Translations under genes and position numbers: made by a program
In this document: piece by piece, positions 38,028 through 50,021 of the stretch
How positions within the stretch are numbered: the first letter of the stretch is position 1
Layout: each line of letters opens with the position of its first letter
Source of the DNA: Octopus sinensis
Taxonomy: Eukaryota
Assembly (NCBI RefSeq): GCF_006345805.1
Contig: NC_042999.1
Location: forward strand, 54,498,001 to 54,562,000
Reading direction: 5' to 3'
Length of the DNA: 64,000 nt
Notes under the pieces: generated by a model
Database searches by the model: none
What the model was told of the DNA's origin: nothing
Seen by the model: the letters and a program-made list of their open reading frames with translations, nothing else

Positions 38028-39513
38028 TACTTGTTGCTGCTGTTATTTGGCCCTAGTTGAGTTCAGATGGAGTAGGCGTTATGTTCAAGGGTATTCCAGC
38101 CATGAACATCCCATCACATAAGTGAATCTAGAACTACATTATCTAATGTATCCTTCCTGTTTTGAGACAGTGGGATTTAAAATAGAATTGGCTGCTATTT
38201 CTTTGAGGTGGAAAGACTACGTTCAGCAAGACACCCAATCCCCACCCTCCACTTCCTTGTTAATACTGTTAGTTTATGTCATGAAGGGTAGGTGCGGTCA
38301 ATCAGTACACGACCACCACCCCCAGCACCACCACCACCACCACTATAATTTAACTCCCCGTGATCTTCTGTGAATAATTACTGTACTTTCGGGACCCATT
38401 TCCTGGTCCCTTTAACTTCAACACTGGTTCAGTCTCTGCTCTCTTACTCCCACAACCATCATCAGCACCATCCCTCCAAATGAGCAACCCTCTTTTCTTT
38501 CACACATGGCTAGCTTGCACTATATCATGTCTTTGTGTTGTGACTAACAACCATATAATCACACTCGCTTAACACTACTGCTTCTCTCTTAACATCGAGC
38601 GCTACTGCTTCAATATTATTTCTTTACAGCATCGTTTTATTTCGAAGTACACACACGCATTATGAAGCGACGAACAGACAAAATCGTCAGCGCATCACAC
38701 AAAATGCTTGGCAGAAGATCTTCCGGTTTTGTTTGAATCTAAATTCCGACGATGTCAGTTTTCCTTTTGATCCTTTTTGGGTTCGACTAAATGAAGTTGT
38801 TGTCAAGTACCGGAGTCAATGTAATCCACTTGACCCCTTCTCCCCTCCAAAATTGCTATCCTTCAACCCTTCAAGATGGACGCCTTGTCGAAAAGAAAGT
38901 TGTGATTTCGGTCACTTAGTTGCCATGGAAACCGGGTAGCCGGCTCATTGAAATCTAGGACACACACGCATTAAACATTCACTAGTGAGAAACCCTAGAT
39001 GATTTAAAGGGACGAGAAGACTCTATCGATCTTTAATAATAATATATATAAATACGGTGGAACCTCGTTTACGGTATCTCTAGTAACGAACACACAATTG
39101 GGCGACAGTTGGTACCCATGCTGATGGATTGCTAATGACCTGGTGGAGTTTTAAGTCTGTTCACCTTTAATACTGTATCATTCAGTTTATGTGAATGATG
39201 TAAGATTTATTTAATGATTCGTTATTTTTCCTTTTCTATAAATTTTTATATCCAAAAAGAAAGAAACACTTCCATCATATTGCTTTCATTTGCTCCACTC
39301 TCGAAAATCCCTATGTGAGGGTCATAGATAAGGTTTTTGTATGGGGATTAAGGTACAAGTGTGTCTGTGTGATTCATGCAGGCTTCCCAATTGCATGACC
39401 CCGGGCTCAGTTTCACTGCACGTGACCGAGTCCATTGGGCCAACAAAAATTATGTGAGTGGATTTGGTGGACGGAAACTGAGAGAACACATGCATACACC
39501 CATGCATACGAAC

Positions 39514-39550
<37 letters not shown>

Positions 39551-39745
39551 CCGTTTAGTATTAACTGTCGGAAAGAGTACTCAGTACCATGGTAGAGATT
39601 TATACTATCATAATTTATTCTGCTCGAATCAGCTTCTTGCTACTCTGAGTTTCACCACTAAGCACACAGGATCTTCCAGCAAATTGTGACTGGAAAAATG
39701 GATGGGATTTACACGTACATGTATACGTATACACACACACACACT

Positions 39746-39790
<45 letters not shown>

Positions 39791-39837
39791 TATATATGTA
39801 CATACACACACATATATATATACAAATATATATAAGT

Positions 39838-40392
39838 TTAGCAAAAATTTAGATTCAAATGAATATGGTACTTAATTCTGTATGGTGTTATCCATAAAAA
39901 TCCGTGGGGTGATTATAATCAAAATAAGCAACAAGAATGACTCCGGTAATTTGGTACGATCGTTTCGTACCACATCATTTTATTAAATGTTGTAAGTATT
40001 ACAACAGTTTTAAAATGCTGAGCACTCATCAGCCAATTATAGAGGTTTTCCATTAATACAAAAATTTTCATATCAAGTGGCAACATTATAGAGAAGGTAG
40101 ATACATAGACAAAGATGTGGATTAAAATTTTAAGAACATTTGAGGTAGTGGAGCCCATCAACTGACTGACTAAGATTCAGTTGTTCCAGACTACTGTAAG
40201 GTTCTGAGAAGGAAGAACAAATGAGAGGAGACAATAAAGATTTTCTAATTATATAAATGGGGTAAAGGGGATGTCATAGCTCCATATAAGGAATTTATGT
40301 GGAAGACAACAATACTTACAACATTTAATAAAATGATGTAGTACGAAACGATTGTACCAAATTACCGGAGTCATTCTTGTTGCTTATTTTGA
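39838..40392. mobile_element. (TA)n-embedded fold-back element with an intact hammerhead (39951-40036 minus) and a partial inverted copy (40311-40392)
   Basis: Minus: ttgg-CTGATGA-gtgc...gtac-GAAA-CGATCG-TA-ccaa. Confidence 0.85.
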
Positions 40393-40438
<46 letters not shown>

Positions 40439-40441
<3 letters not shown>

Positions 40442-40535
40442 AAATAATGACAATTATTCGGTTGCCATAATAAAACTCCGAGTTTCGGACGTCAGGGCGG
40501 AAATCTGCTCCGGCACTTCATCAGTTATTAAGACA
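40439..40535 (-). ncRNA. Hammerhead-bearing single arm related to 28164-28393 (motif 40469-40529)
   Basis: aataa-CTGATGA-agtg...gcagatttccgc...gtcc-GAAA-CTCGGAG-TT-ttatt. Confidence 0.75.
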
Positions 40536-40584
40536 AAACAAAAATGCTATGAAAAAGACAGACATACATGTAAATATGTCCTTA

Positions 40585-40850
40585 GGTATAAGGATAAATT
40601 GAAGCAATCACTAAAGTCTCTAGAGCTTGATTTGACTTCTTGGGAAAGTCATAACCAAGATCGATCTACATGGCGTCAAATGTGTCATGATGCTTCAAAA
40701 CAATTTGAGTTGAAGAAGAACATAGAATTATACCCTGCAACCAACAGACACATTTGCTCAATCTCAGGCAACAATCAAATCAGTGTCCCCAGTGTGACGT
40801 CATAGCAAAATCCATCCTTGGACTCAAATCACGCATCCATCGTTAATAAA
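40585..40850 (+). mobile_element. RTE LINE extreme 3' fragment
   Basis: YKDKLKQSLKSLELDLTSWESHNQDRSTWRQMCHDASKQFE, then a C2H2-like CPQC...LGLKS. Confidence 0.75.
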
Positions 40851-40959
40851 ATCAGCCTCTTTTATTCTTTTCTTTTTAAAAGTTCTCTTTTTCCCACTTT
40901 GTTTCATCTTTATATCTTCATAAAACTCATACATCGAAATCGACATTATTATATAAACT

Positions 40960-41385
40960 TTGCCCCTTTCAGGTAAAACGCACCGCCTTCTGTATGAAAC
41001 TGGAATTTTATACTTTCGTGGTAATCCCAGAAAGTATGCTGGAGCATCATTGAAAAGAATATAGTACAGGAACGAGTGCTAAAATACGGTCCTGTTTGGT
41101 TCCAGAACAGAAATACCTCTGAACATTGACTACTTAGATATCACTGTTGCTATCCTTCCTTTATGTAGGAATACTATTACCCTTATTTTATCAGGAAAAC
41201 TAACTTCTGACAAAAATTCTCCAGAACGCCTCACGATTCACTGTATCAAAGGCCTTAGTCAGATCGACAAAGACCATGTACAAGTATTTTATTCACGTGC
41301 TTTCTCTTGAACTTGTCGGAGGGAAAAAATCATGTCAGCTGTGCTTCTCCCAGCCTGATTCCACATTGGGATTCAGGATATGTGC
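40960..41385 (-). mobile_element. RTE RT fragment (decayed)
   Basis: ESQCG...LYMVFVDLTKAFDTVNREAFW read on the minus strand. Confidence 0.7.
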
Positions 41386-41387
41386 TT

Positions 41388-41788
41388 CTCTTTACTCTTT
41401 TACTTGTTTCAGTCATTTGACTGCGGCCATGCTGGAGCACCGCCTTTAGTCGAGCAAATCGACCCTCCAGGACTTATTCTTTTGTAAGCCTAGTACTTAT
41501 TCTATCGGTCTCTTTTGCCGAACCGCTAAGTGACGGGGACGTAAACACACCAGCATCGGTTGTCAAGCAATGCTAGGGGGACAAACACACACACATACAC
41601 ACACATATATATATATACATATATACGACAGGCTTCTTTCAGTTTCCGTCTACCAAATCCACTCACAAGGCATTGGTCGGCCCGGGGCTATAGCAGAAGA
41701 CACTTGCCCAAGATGCCATGCAGTGGGACTGAACCCGGAACCATGTGGTTGGTAAGCAAACTACTTACCACACAGCCACTCCTGCGCC
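41388..41788 (-). mobile_element. SINE family A, best-preserved full-length copy
   Basis: ggcgcaggagtggctgtgtggtaag...gggttcagtccc...catcttgggcaagtgtctt...ggcggtgctccagcatggccgcagtcaaatgactgaaacaagtaaaagag. Confidence 0.93.
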
Positions 41789-42254
41789 ACTCCTGCTGTT
41801 TATTATATTTTTATTGATGTGGTTAAAGATCACCTTCGCAAAAATGTTCCCAGCTATGCACAAGCTTATTCCCCCGTGATTATCACATACACACTGTTTC
41901 CCCTTGTTGGATATGTTTTATGTGTGTATGTATGTAAGTTTGTAAATTTATATCTGTAAGTGTATGCGTGTATCTTTGTCTTGACATCCCGTGACAATTG
42001 TAAACGAGCCTCATCGTCATATAGCAATGCCTTTCCGATCTTCCGTGTTAAACATGTCTGGCAATGAGGAAATATTACCTTGGTTGGAAATAGGTAAGGG
42101 TTGTCATCAGGAAAGACTTCCAGTCGTGGAAAATCTACCGCGGTGAATTCCATGCAAGTAATGCCATCATAGAAAAGGTGGTAAGGGATATTGCTACTGT
42201 TTCAGAGTTGTCTTAAAAGTTTGTCGTATATTTTTTAAAAAGTAGTAACTTGCC

Positions 42255-42382
42255 AATGATGGAGAGATAGATATAGAGGGAGAGAGAGAGACAGACAGGC
42301 AGACAGATAGATGGATAGACTGAGTGACAGAGAGACAGAAATTCAGTGACAGAAAGAGACAGATAGACATAGGCAGATAGGC

Positions 42383-42413
<31 letters not shown>

Positions 42414-42440
42414 AATAGAGACAAAGGAAGGTAGAGAGAA

Positions 42441-42513
<73 letters not shown>

Positions 42514-42665
42514 AATAGACACAGAGAGAGGGAGAGATAGACAGACAAATAGGGACAACTAGAGAGAGAGATAGAAATAGACAGACAAATAGGGACAACT
42601 AGAGAGAGAGAAAGAAATAGACAGAGAAATAGATATTGAGAGAGAAATAGATATAGAGAGGTGAA
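42255..42665. repeat. Compound (GATA)n/(GA)n/(GACA)n low-complexity tract
   Basis: Direct reading. Confidence 0.9.
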
Positions 42666-42894
42666 ATAAAGCAAGCAATATAACACAAACGTAATAATAG
42701 GTATTGAGTTGCAATGTTCTCTTATATTGGAGATGACGGGTCAAGGGTCAGCTGTTTTTGAGTGAAGATGTAAAGCAGTCCGGGCTGGTCCGAGGAGGTT
42801 TCAGGTTATTAACGCTTGGTTTACCATTCAGGACAAACGTATGTAATATATACACCCGTCACTATAAATGCACGTCGGTGTGTATAAATGGTGT

Positions 42895-43018
42895 GTTGCC
42901 TCTGGCGCGTTGAAGTTCGTTTGAGTCAAAATGAATTTGTTGGAAGGAGAACTCCTTGTCTTTAAAAAGGAGGTGAAAATTAATATCCATTTCGCCGAAA
43001 ATTATTGTTTTTAAACAG

Positions 43019-43049
<31 letters not shown>

Positions 43050-43708
43050 TGTGTCGTTTGTCAGCAAATTCTTGCTGAACAACCATACACATGATTTGTT
43101 TATAGTGATGGAGGGAGGGAGTGAGCTTATGTGAACATAAAAACCTTTGATGTAAAGATTGTTTGCCAACATAACATGGCAGTCCTGGTTTAGGACGAAT
43201 ATTGCTGTAATTTAGCCCCAGGAGACATCGTCTCCAGCTGGCTATACGACACGATCTATGTCTTTGTTCGAAAATATAAGGACACAGATCGTGTCGTATA
43301 GCTAGCTGGAGACGATGTCTCCTGGGGGCTAAATTACAGCAACACTCGTCCTAAATCAGGACTGCCATGTTATGTTGGCAAACAATATTTACTCCAAAGT
43401 TCTGTTGCTGAATATCTCTCATTGTGAAATTTTAAAATAGTAATTTTCTAACAAACGTTTGATCACTATAAACAAATCTTCTGTGTGGTCGTTCGGCAAA
43501 AAATTGCCTAGCCCTCATATACCGCCAAACGACGGGAGAGTCCTGGTTGTGAACGTGCGCGCACACATACACACACACACGCATTGTTTTAAAAAATTAA
43601 TAATTTTCGGGAAAATGAATATTAATTTTCACCTACTTTCTAAAGACAATAAGTTCTTCCGACAAATTCCTTTTGACTCAAATGAACCTCAACGCGCTAG
43701 AGGCAACA
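42895..43708. repeat. Large outer inverted repeat (arms ~42895-43110 and ~43461-43708)
   Basis: tgttgcctctggcgcgttga...gagtcaaaa...ggtgaaaattaatat...tttgtttatagtgat versus its reverse complement on the right. The ORF track shows matching peptides on opposite strands. Confidence 0.85.
43158..43445. mobile_element. Inner fold-back element of the structured-motif family
   Basis: ~105-bp arms attgtttgccaacataacatggcagtcctggtttaggac...tagccccaggagacatcgtctccagctggctatacgacacgatct. Confidence 0.9.
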
Positions 43709-43921
43709 GCCAAAAGCGAACCTTAGAGTTGACTGTCATTTCCTGTATAACAACTATGCCGTGGATGCACTCTAATCAATGTATTGAGTTCTATATTGGA
43801 TAATGATGCACAGATATCCGGATATGTTTTGATGTCTTCATAAATAGTCAAGTCAAAGAAGACGTTGGCGGTCATTACATATCTTGTGTATTTTTGATAA
43901 GATTTAAGAGGGCCTTATAAG

Positions 43922-43986
43922 TGTTGTAATTTAATCATCCATCATCCGATATGATATTTCGGAATAAAAATTCCTTCTTCAGATAT
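43922..43986 (-). ncRNA. 65-nt hammerhead cassette, copy 2
   Basis: Identical to 31524-31588. Confidence 0.8.
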
Positions 43987-44149
43987 GGACGTGGAGTGCA
44001 TGTAGAGAAGTCTTTTTATTCTTGTTGCCAAACCTCCTTCAACACCTTTATATTTGTTGTACCATCAAAAACATTCCCCAAGAGTTTTCTCAACTTTCAG
44101 TTCTTCGATTAGATTTTTTTTTTTTACTAATTCGTTAATAACAAATATA

Positions 44150-44960
44150 CAGGTGGGCTGAGAAAAATAACATGGCCTGCGTTACCAACAAAATGAAAAG
44201 CAGATAGGATAAACTGGCCCAAGTAGGATTCCAATCCCCGAATCAAAATCATTGCGTGACCTGGGCATCGACATGAGTAATGAGGCATCTTTCCGGGTGC
44301 ACCTTATCATGTCGGCAATAAAACACAGACGTCTGGCCGGGTGGATCCTTCGAACTTTCAAAACAAGAGAAAAGGAAACCCTGATGGTCCTTTGGAGGAC
44401 TTTCCTTCTCAGCTGTTTGAATTATTGCTCCCAACTGTGGTCACCAAACAGTGTAAAATTAACGACGGAACTCGAGGCGATCCAGCGAAGCTATACATGG
44501 AAGATCGATACAATGCAAAATATCAGATACTGGGAGACTGATAGAGTTAAGATTCTAGTCCCTGGAGCAAAAGTGGGAAGGATATGCAATAATATACATC
44601 AATAATGTACCGAACTTTGGCCTTGTCAGTTACATTAACAGCAGGTCGGGGCGCCACTGCAAGGTACCAAAACCCTAACATTGCCATCAGGATACAAAAC
44701 TAGATACTGCAACAGTTTGGGCGTCAATGGCCCACAGCTCTTCAATATCTTCCCACAAAACCTGAGAGACCTGCTAGGTGTAGATGTAGGCTTTTTCAAG
44801 ACAAAACTAAATCTTTCTGTCTAGAGTTCTGGATGAAACACATATGCGTGCATAATCGTCAAACTCCCTCATCCACCATATCAGAGGTGGTTTAGTGAAA
44901 GTGTAGCAAAGTAGACGGCAGTGCTCCAGCATGGTCGCAATCTTTGTACTGAAACTTAGA
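44150..44960 (+). mobile_element. CR1-clade LINE 3' fragment
   Basis: LRDLGIDMSN...LAGWILRTFKTREKETLMVLWRTF...LNYCSQLWSP...LEAIQRSYT; GPQLFNIFP; tail ggcagtgctccagcatggtcgc...tgaaact. Confidence 0.88.
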
Positions 44961-46926
44961 GAAAAAACACTTCTCTCAGTTGAGAGCACTGAATAAAATT
45001 TTCTGAAAGCTTCCCTGGTTTCCCCGATTTTTAATACAGCTCAGTCTGGCATTTCATGAAGGATAATGGAATATTCCAAACACTTTTTCACATCATTTGT
45101 TATGTCTTTCTAAAACAAACTCAGTTTTAATATCAAAAAATTTAAAAGTTCAATGTATGAGGTCGACTGCCGATGTACATCTGACTTTTTAGTTTCCCTC
45201 CTCACCAAGGAAACACGTTATAAGTTCCAAAAACGATAATTCGGTGAACACAGAAGCTTCGCCTTAGTTACTGCGGTTCCCCGCATGAATTCATTGTGTT
45301 ATAGTTTGTTGGGGTGGGCAATAAACGATCGAGTTTCGATAATAATTGTCAAGTACTCTCAGTTCTGCTCTACTTGCTTCTTATAGTATTTAGTTAATTT
45401 AACAAGGACGCTTTGTGCTTTGCACTCACCTTATGGTCCACCCACTTCACCGTAGCCTTATCACAACAAGCTCTTCTGCTTTGTTAGCAGGTTTCGCTTT
45501 TTGCCAGTTTTCAAAATTAAAATGTTGTTATAGCATAAACTCTTCACACATTGATAACACGAAGACTAGCATCAGAGAGTGACAGAGGCAAGAGAAAGCA
45601 CAAAAAGTCTAAACAATTCACTCTTCAAAAGTTTCAAACTAAATTTCTCGCCTAATTAATTTTTGAATTAAAATTAAACCATAATTGGTTGATTTATTCT
45701 GGTTCCATTGGTATTATCCGGAAGAAGTAGCAGAACCAGTGGAATTACGTGGATCACATTCATTTCATCATGATTTCAGTCACTTGAAATATTTTGAGAT
45801 CCGGAAGTGCTAAACATCGTAGAGACTCCTAGATTTTAAAAGGTCGTTGTGACATCCTGATTGTAACTCTCAACAAAGCCGCTTTTCATAGTAGTTTATT
45901 TAGAAATGTCTGTAGGTTACCGTTACATTACTTTGATTCATTCTTTATCCAAGTATTTTTCAAATAGGAAGAAACTCAGAGTTTGCTGTAGTTTTTCAAT
46001 CACTGCTGTGAAACTCAGTCTAAGCAACCTGGACACCCTTAAAGTGTCTATTTGTTGGCGATGTTCTCAACATTTTATACCGTGAGGAGATTTACGGTAC
46101 AGAAGTTGAATTTCGTGTCTGGCTAAAACCGCAACCGGGAGTGCCTCACGTATGCTTATTGGTTGATTTTGTCATAAATAGATTCCATAGCGAGTGTGTT
46201 GGAATATCCATTGCCAGAAGTTGTACAAAATATGACATCAAATACTAAATATAGATATGATTGCAAAACTCTGGATTTTCAATATAGATCGAAAACGAGG
46301 TTTGGGTGTATCGGAGGAGCTGACTGGGGGGGAGATATCAGCGTTGGATGAATTCCTTCAGAAAGAAAGAATAACAACGACAAATTTAAGACGTTATATC
46401 AAACAAAGAATTTTTGTTGACTATTGTTTGGGTAATTAATATGTCATCATTAACTAGTAATTAATATGGCATCATAATTAATTTGGTAATCTCTGTGTTT
46501 TCAAAGTCCGAAGTTCTTGTTTCTCCAAAATTTTCTCGAATGTTTGTCCCGTATTTGATATGTCAGTTGCCGCACCAAACCCCGATTCATATGGCCATTG
46601 CTGTGTATGTATTAATATTTTGCTTAGGCATGGCAATATTAATAACTTGGTGTTCGAACTCAACTTAATATACATGCGCTTGATAGTAAAGTGTTCGGTA
46701 CAGAGCGTGATAAGAAATTATATAGATGCCAAGAGAACAGGAAATTATGCCATGAACTTCAACAGCTTACAGTTTTTTTTCTGCTTGGAGATGATGCACA
46801 AACACTCAACTCTGAGTACAATGAATCTGATAACAGAAAAAGCTGTTGCTAATGAAGTTTTTTGTGTAACTTCCTCTTCATTGTCATTTAAATCATTTCA
46901 TACATACATACATATATATAAATATA

Positions 46927-47130
46927 AAGTTAATCCAAACATGAAAGCACAAAAAAACACAACAACGCGAGGACGTGGAATAAATATAGTATTATTGGAC
47001 GCTCAGGAAAGAAGGAGGGTTTAACGTTTCGAGCGGAGCTCTTCGTCAGAAACATAGGAGAAGGAAAGATCCAGAGAAGGGAAGACAGAGGGAAAAAATC
47101 GCCAACGGTACACATGCGGTCACATTTTGA
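46927..47130 (-). mobile_element. Hammerhead-bearing element (motif 47019-47053)
   Basis: gttt-CTGACGA-a-gagc-tcc-gctc-GAAA-CG-TT-aaac. Confidence 0.85.
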
Positions 47131-47154
47131 AATATACATACATATATATATTTT

Positions 47155-47525
47155 TTTATCTAGTTTCAGCTCACGAGCTGTGACCATGTTAGAGCACCGC
47201 CATTTGGTGTTGCTACATAATTTTACTTCACGAATGCCTTTTAGAAATTGACATTTGGTGCATGAGAGAGTTTGATGCAACTGCCCTCATCTGCACCTCC
47301 TGCCGCGAAGTTGGTTCATCTGGGACACCTGACAGGAAGAGGTCCAGCTTTATTTTGAAGACACCTACATCCACGTCATGCAGGTCTCTCAGGACCTTCG
47401 GGAGGATATTGAAGAGCTGTGGACCTTTGAAACCCAGGCTATTGCAGTATCTTGTCCTACATCTTGATGGCAAATTTGGAGTCATTGGCACTATGCAGTG
47501 GCGCCCAGTTCTAGTATTTGTGTAA
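47155..47525 (-). mobile_element. CR1-clade LINE 3' end
   Basis: TRYCNSLGFKGPQLFNILPKVLRDLHDVDVGVFKIKLDLFLSGVPDEP; tail ggcggtgctctaacatggtcacagctcgtgagctgaaactag. Confidence 0.88.
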
Positions 47526-47534
47526 CTCTAGATA

Positions 47535-47830
47535 AGATTAAAAAATCCAAGGCTGTGAATAGTTTTCAGAACATTTATAAAGAGAAGGTCTTACAGTTGC
47601 TTCCGGGATGTGTTTTATATCCCTTCATCAGCGGCGGTGCGAGAAAATGTTTAAGTAATGGTTATTATAGAGAAGATATGAAATACAGATTGAAGTGGAG
47701 GAATGAGAACAGACGTGAGATGTGTAAGGATATTGCATCTGGAGTTCCAGTGTTTAAACAGAATGGTATATATGTTTCCTGTGCCTTGTATGTTCTGAAA
47801 ACTATTCACGGCCTTAGATTGTTTTAATCT
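47535..47830. mobile_element. Element with 40-bp terminal inverted repeats and a degenerate internal hammerhead (47590-47635 minus)
   Basis: agattaaaaaatccaaggctgtgaatagttttcagaacat / atgttctgaaaactattcacggccttagattgttttaatct; CTGATGA-a-gggat...atccc-g-GAAG-CAACTG-TA. Confidence 0.7.
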
Positions 47831-47840
47831 CATTCTGTTA

Positions 47841-47875
<35 letters not shown>

Positions 47876-47883
<8 letters not shown>

Positions 47884-48195
47884 GAAACGAGGTACTCAGA
47901 AATTCGGATGGTTTTATATTTACAGATATTTATTTGTATATTACGTGTTTTCAAATCGAACTGCGCTTCCATAGAGTTTCGAACTATCAAATCCACTCCC
48001 GAGGTATTGGTCAGCCCGGGTCAGTACGATTTGAAAACCCCACTAGAGTGGGAGAAAGTGCTAATATACGATCTAAGTTATATGATGTATAAAAATATGT
48101 AATATACAAATAAATATCTGTAAATATGAAATCATCCGAATTTCTGAGTACCTCATTTCTTCTAATATAAAATACCTGTAATCATCTCAAAACCT

Positions 48196-48200
<5 letters not shown>
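47876..48200. mobile_element. (TA)n-embedded element with ~68-bp inverted arms
   Basis: tattagaagaaacgaggtactcagaaattcggatg...tattac / gtaatatac...catccgaatttctgagtacctcatttcttctaata. Confidence 0.85.
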
Positions 48201-48253
<53 letters not shown>

Positions 48254-48254
48254 G

Positions 48255-49139
48255 GGAGATAAATAAAAATATATGCATACATACAACATATATGTGCGTA
48301 CCTACATCTACATGTATATATACATGCATATATAAATAATTATACGGAAGTACAGGACATCACAATAAGACGTAGAAACAGAAAAAGCCAAAAAACAAAA
48401 AACAAGAAAACGGAAAACGAAAACCAAATACAGGACAGGTTACACAAGGACAAAACCCCCGTCATCAGCTGTCGCTAGAGGAGTCAGGCATGTTTCGAAG
48501 GCATAACAGAACACTAATCCAATAGGCCTTCCTGCGAGAGAATTAAAATAAAATTTCAAGCAGCGGGGCACAATGAGTACGAACACAAACAAGACGTAAC
48601 AATAAGACTGCAAAATTAAAATACATGTACAAAAACAAACACAAGAGGACGAACGAAAAAGCCTTTTTTCTGGCATAGACAAACAATAAAACTGCAAAAA
48701 TAAAAATACATGTACAAAAAGTACAATTAGTTACAAAACGAGAAAATAACAAGAATACTATACAGGAAATTAACCACACAAGGGGACGAACGAAGAAGCC
48801 TTTTTGCTGGCAAGGACGAAAGTGTAGTAGCAGCGCGTGGAGGCAGTCTTTTCAATAGTGGTAACCACGTGTAAAGGAATTTTGTTTTATAGGCAAGGAA
48901 GAGGGAAGGAGGAGGGGAACACGCGGCGAAGAGAGAGGAGGAGGGGGAGGGAGAAAGATTGAAGAGGTTAAAGCAAAGGGAGAGAGTACCGCATCTTCAA
49001 TATAATAATATAATATAAAAAAAGGGGACCAAGAAGTGGATCGAAACGACGAATCGGAACGAACCTGATGCGGGGCGCTGTCAGACAATAAGGAGATAAA
49101 TAAAAATATATGCATACATACAAACATATATGTGCGTAC

Positions 49140-49142
<3 letters not shown>
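48255..49142 (-). mobile_element. (TA)n-embedded element with ~50-bp direct terminal repeats (pseudo-LTR-like) and an internal duplication
   Basis: ggagataaataaaaatatatgcatacatac(a)aacatatatgtgcgtaccta at both 48255 and 49092; duplicated blocks at 48600-48820. Confidence 0.7.
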
Positions 49143-49220
<78 letters not shown>

Positions 49221-49225
<5 letters not shown>

Positions 49226-49440
49226 GATCCAAACATGAAGGCACAAAGAGAAAACACAACAACGCGAGGACCTGGAACAAATATAGTATTATTGGACGCT
49301 CAAGAAGGAAGGGAAGAAGGAAGGTTTTACGTTTCGAGCGGAGCTCTTCGCTTCGTCAGAAACATAGGAAAAGGAAAGATCCAGAGAAGGGAAGATGGAG
49401 GAAAAAAAATCGCCAACGGTACACACGCGGTCACATGCTA
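49221..49440 (-). mobile_element. Hammerhead-bearing element (motif 49324-49363, 5-nt duplication in stem II)
   Basis: gttt-CTGACGA-agcgaagagctccgctc-GAAA-CG-TA-aaac. Confidence 0.8.
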
Positions 49441-50021
49441 ATACACGACCCACGTTCTCACATTTTCTTTACTAACAGTTATATCACCTTCCTTCTTGTT
49501 CTTTCCTTAATCGCGGCACTACTGTTTGTGACTCACTTTGCCTATAACTTCTTCACCTGGAGCAGGCACACATTGAAGAGCACTTTATGCTATGGAATGT
49601 TGGCAATGGATGACCTCCAGTCATCGTTTGAGGTGATGCTGCTTGGGTTAATGTTATTTAAATTTTTACTTATGAAATTGCGCCTGTGTCAATAAAACTG
49701 TCTTTGTTTTTGTAGTTCCGAAGCATTTCGAGGTATTTTCTCGACAAGCATCTTTGTATGAAGTCCCTCCGCCCAGTCCAGTGTGCAAAGGCTGTCGACA
49801 CTAAACGGACCGCTTGACCAGTGGAATGCGCTGATTCCACAATAAGCGAAATAAATCAATAACAGATGATGCTCCTTTTGTTTAACCTCAAAAAAGAAAA
49901 GAAAGCAGATGAGGAAACTGAAACCAGTGAAGTTAATATGGAATAGAAGATGAAAGAATAAATTTTAAAAAAACACATAAAAAATACAAACGTATAACAA
50001 ATGAATTATCCTGATGTATGT

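Noticed and set aside
43165-43250. Assignment of the structured motif as an HDV-like, twister, pistol or hatchet ribozyme
   Set aside because: The required core nucleotides and pseudoknot pairings could not be placed on either strand.
45700-46900. Short ORFs (46257, 46483, 46560) in complex sequence
   Set aside because: No recognisable motif, frames are not continuous, and there are no clear splice sites.
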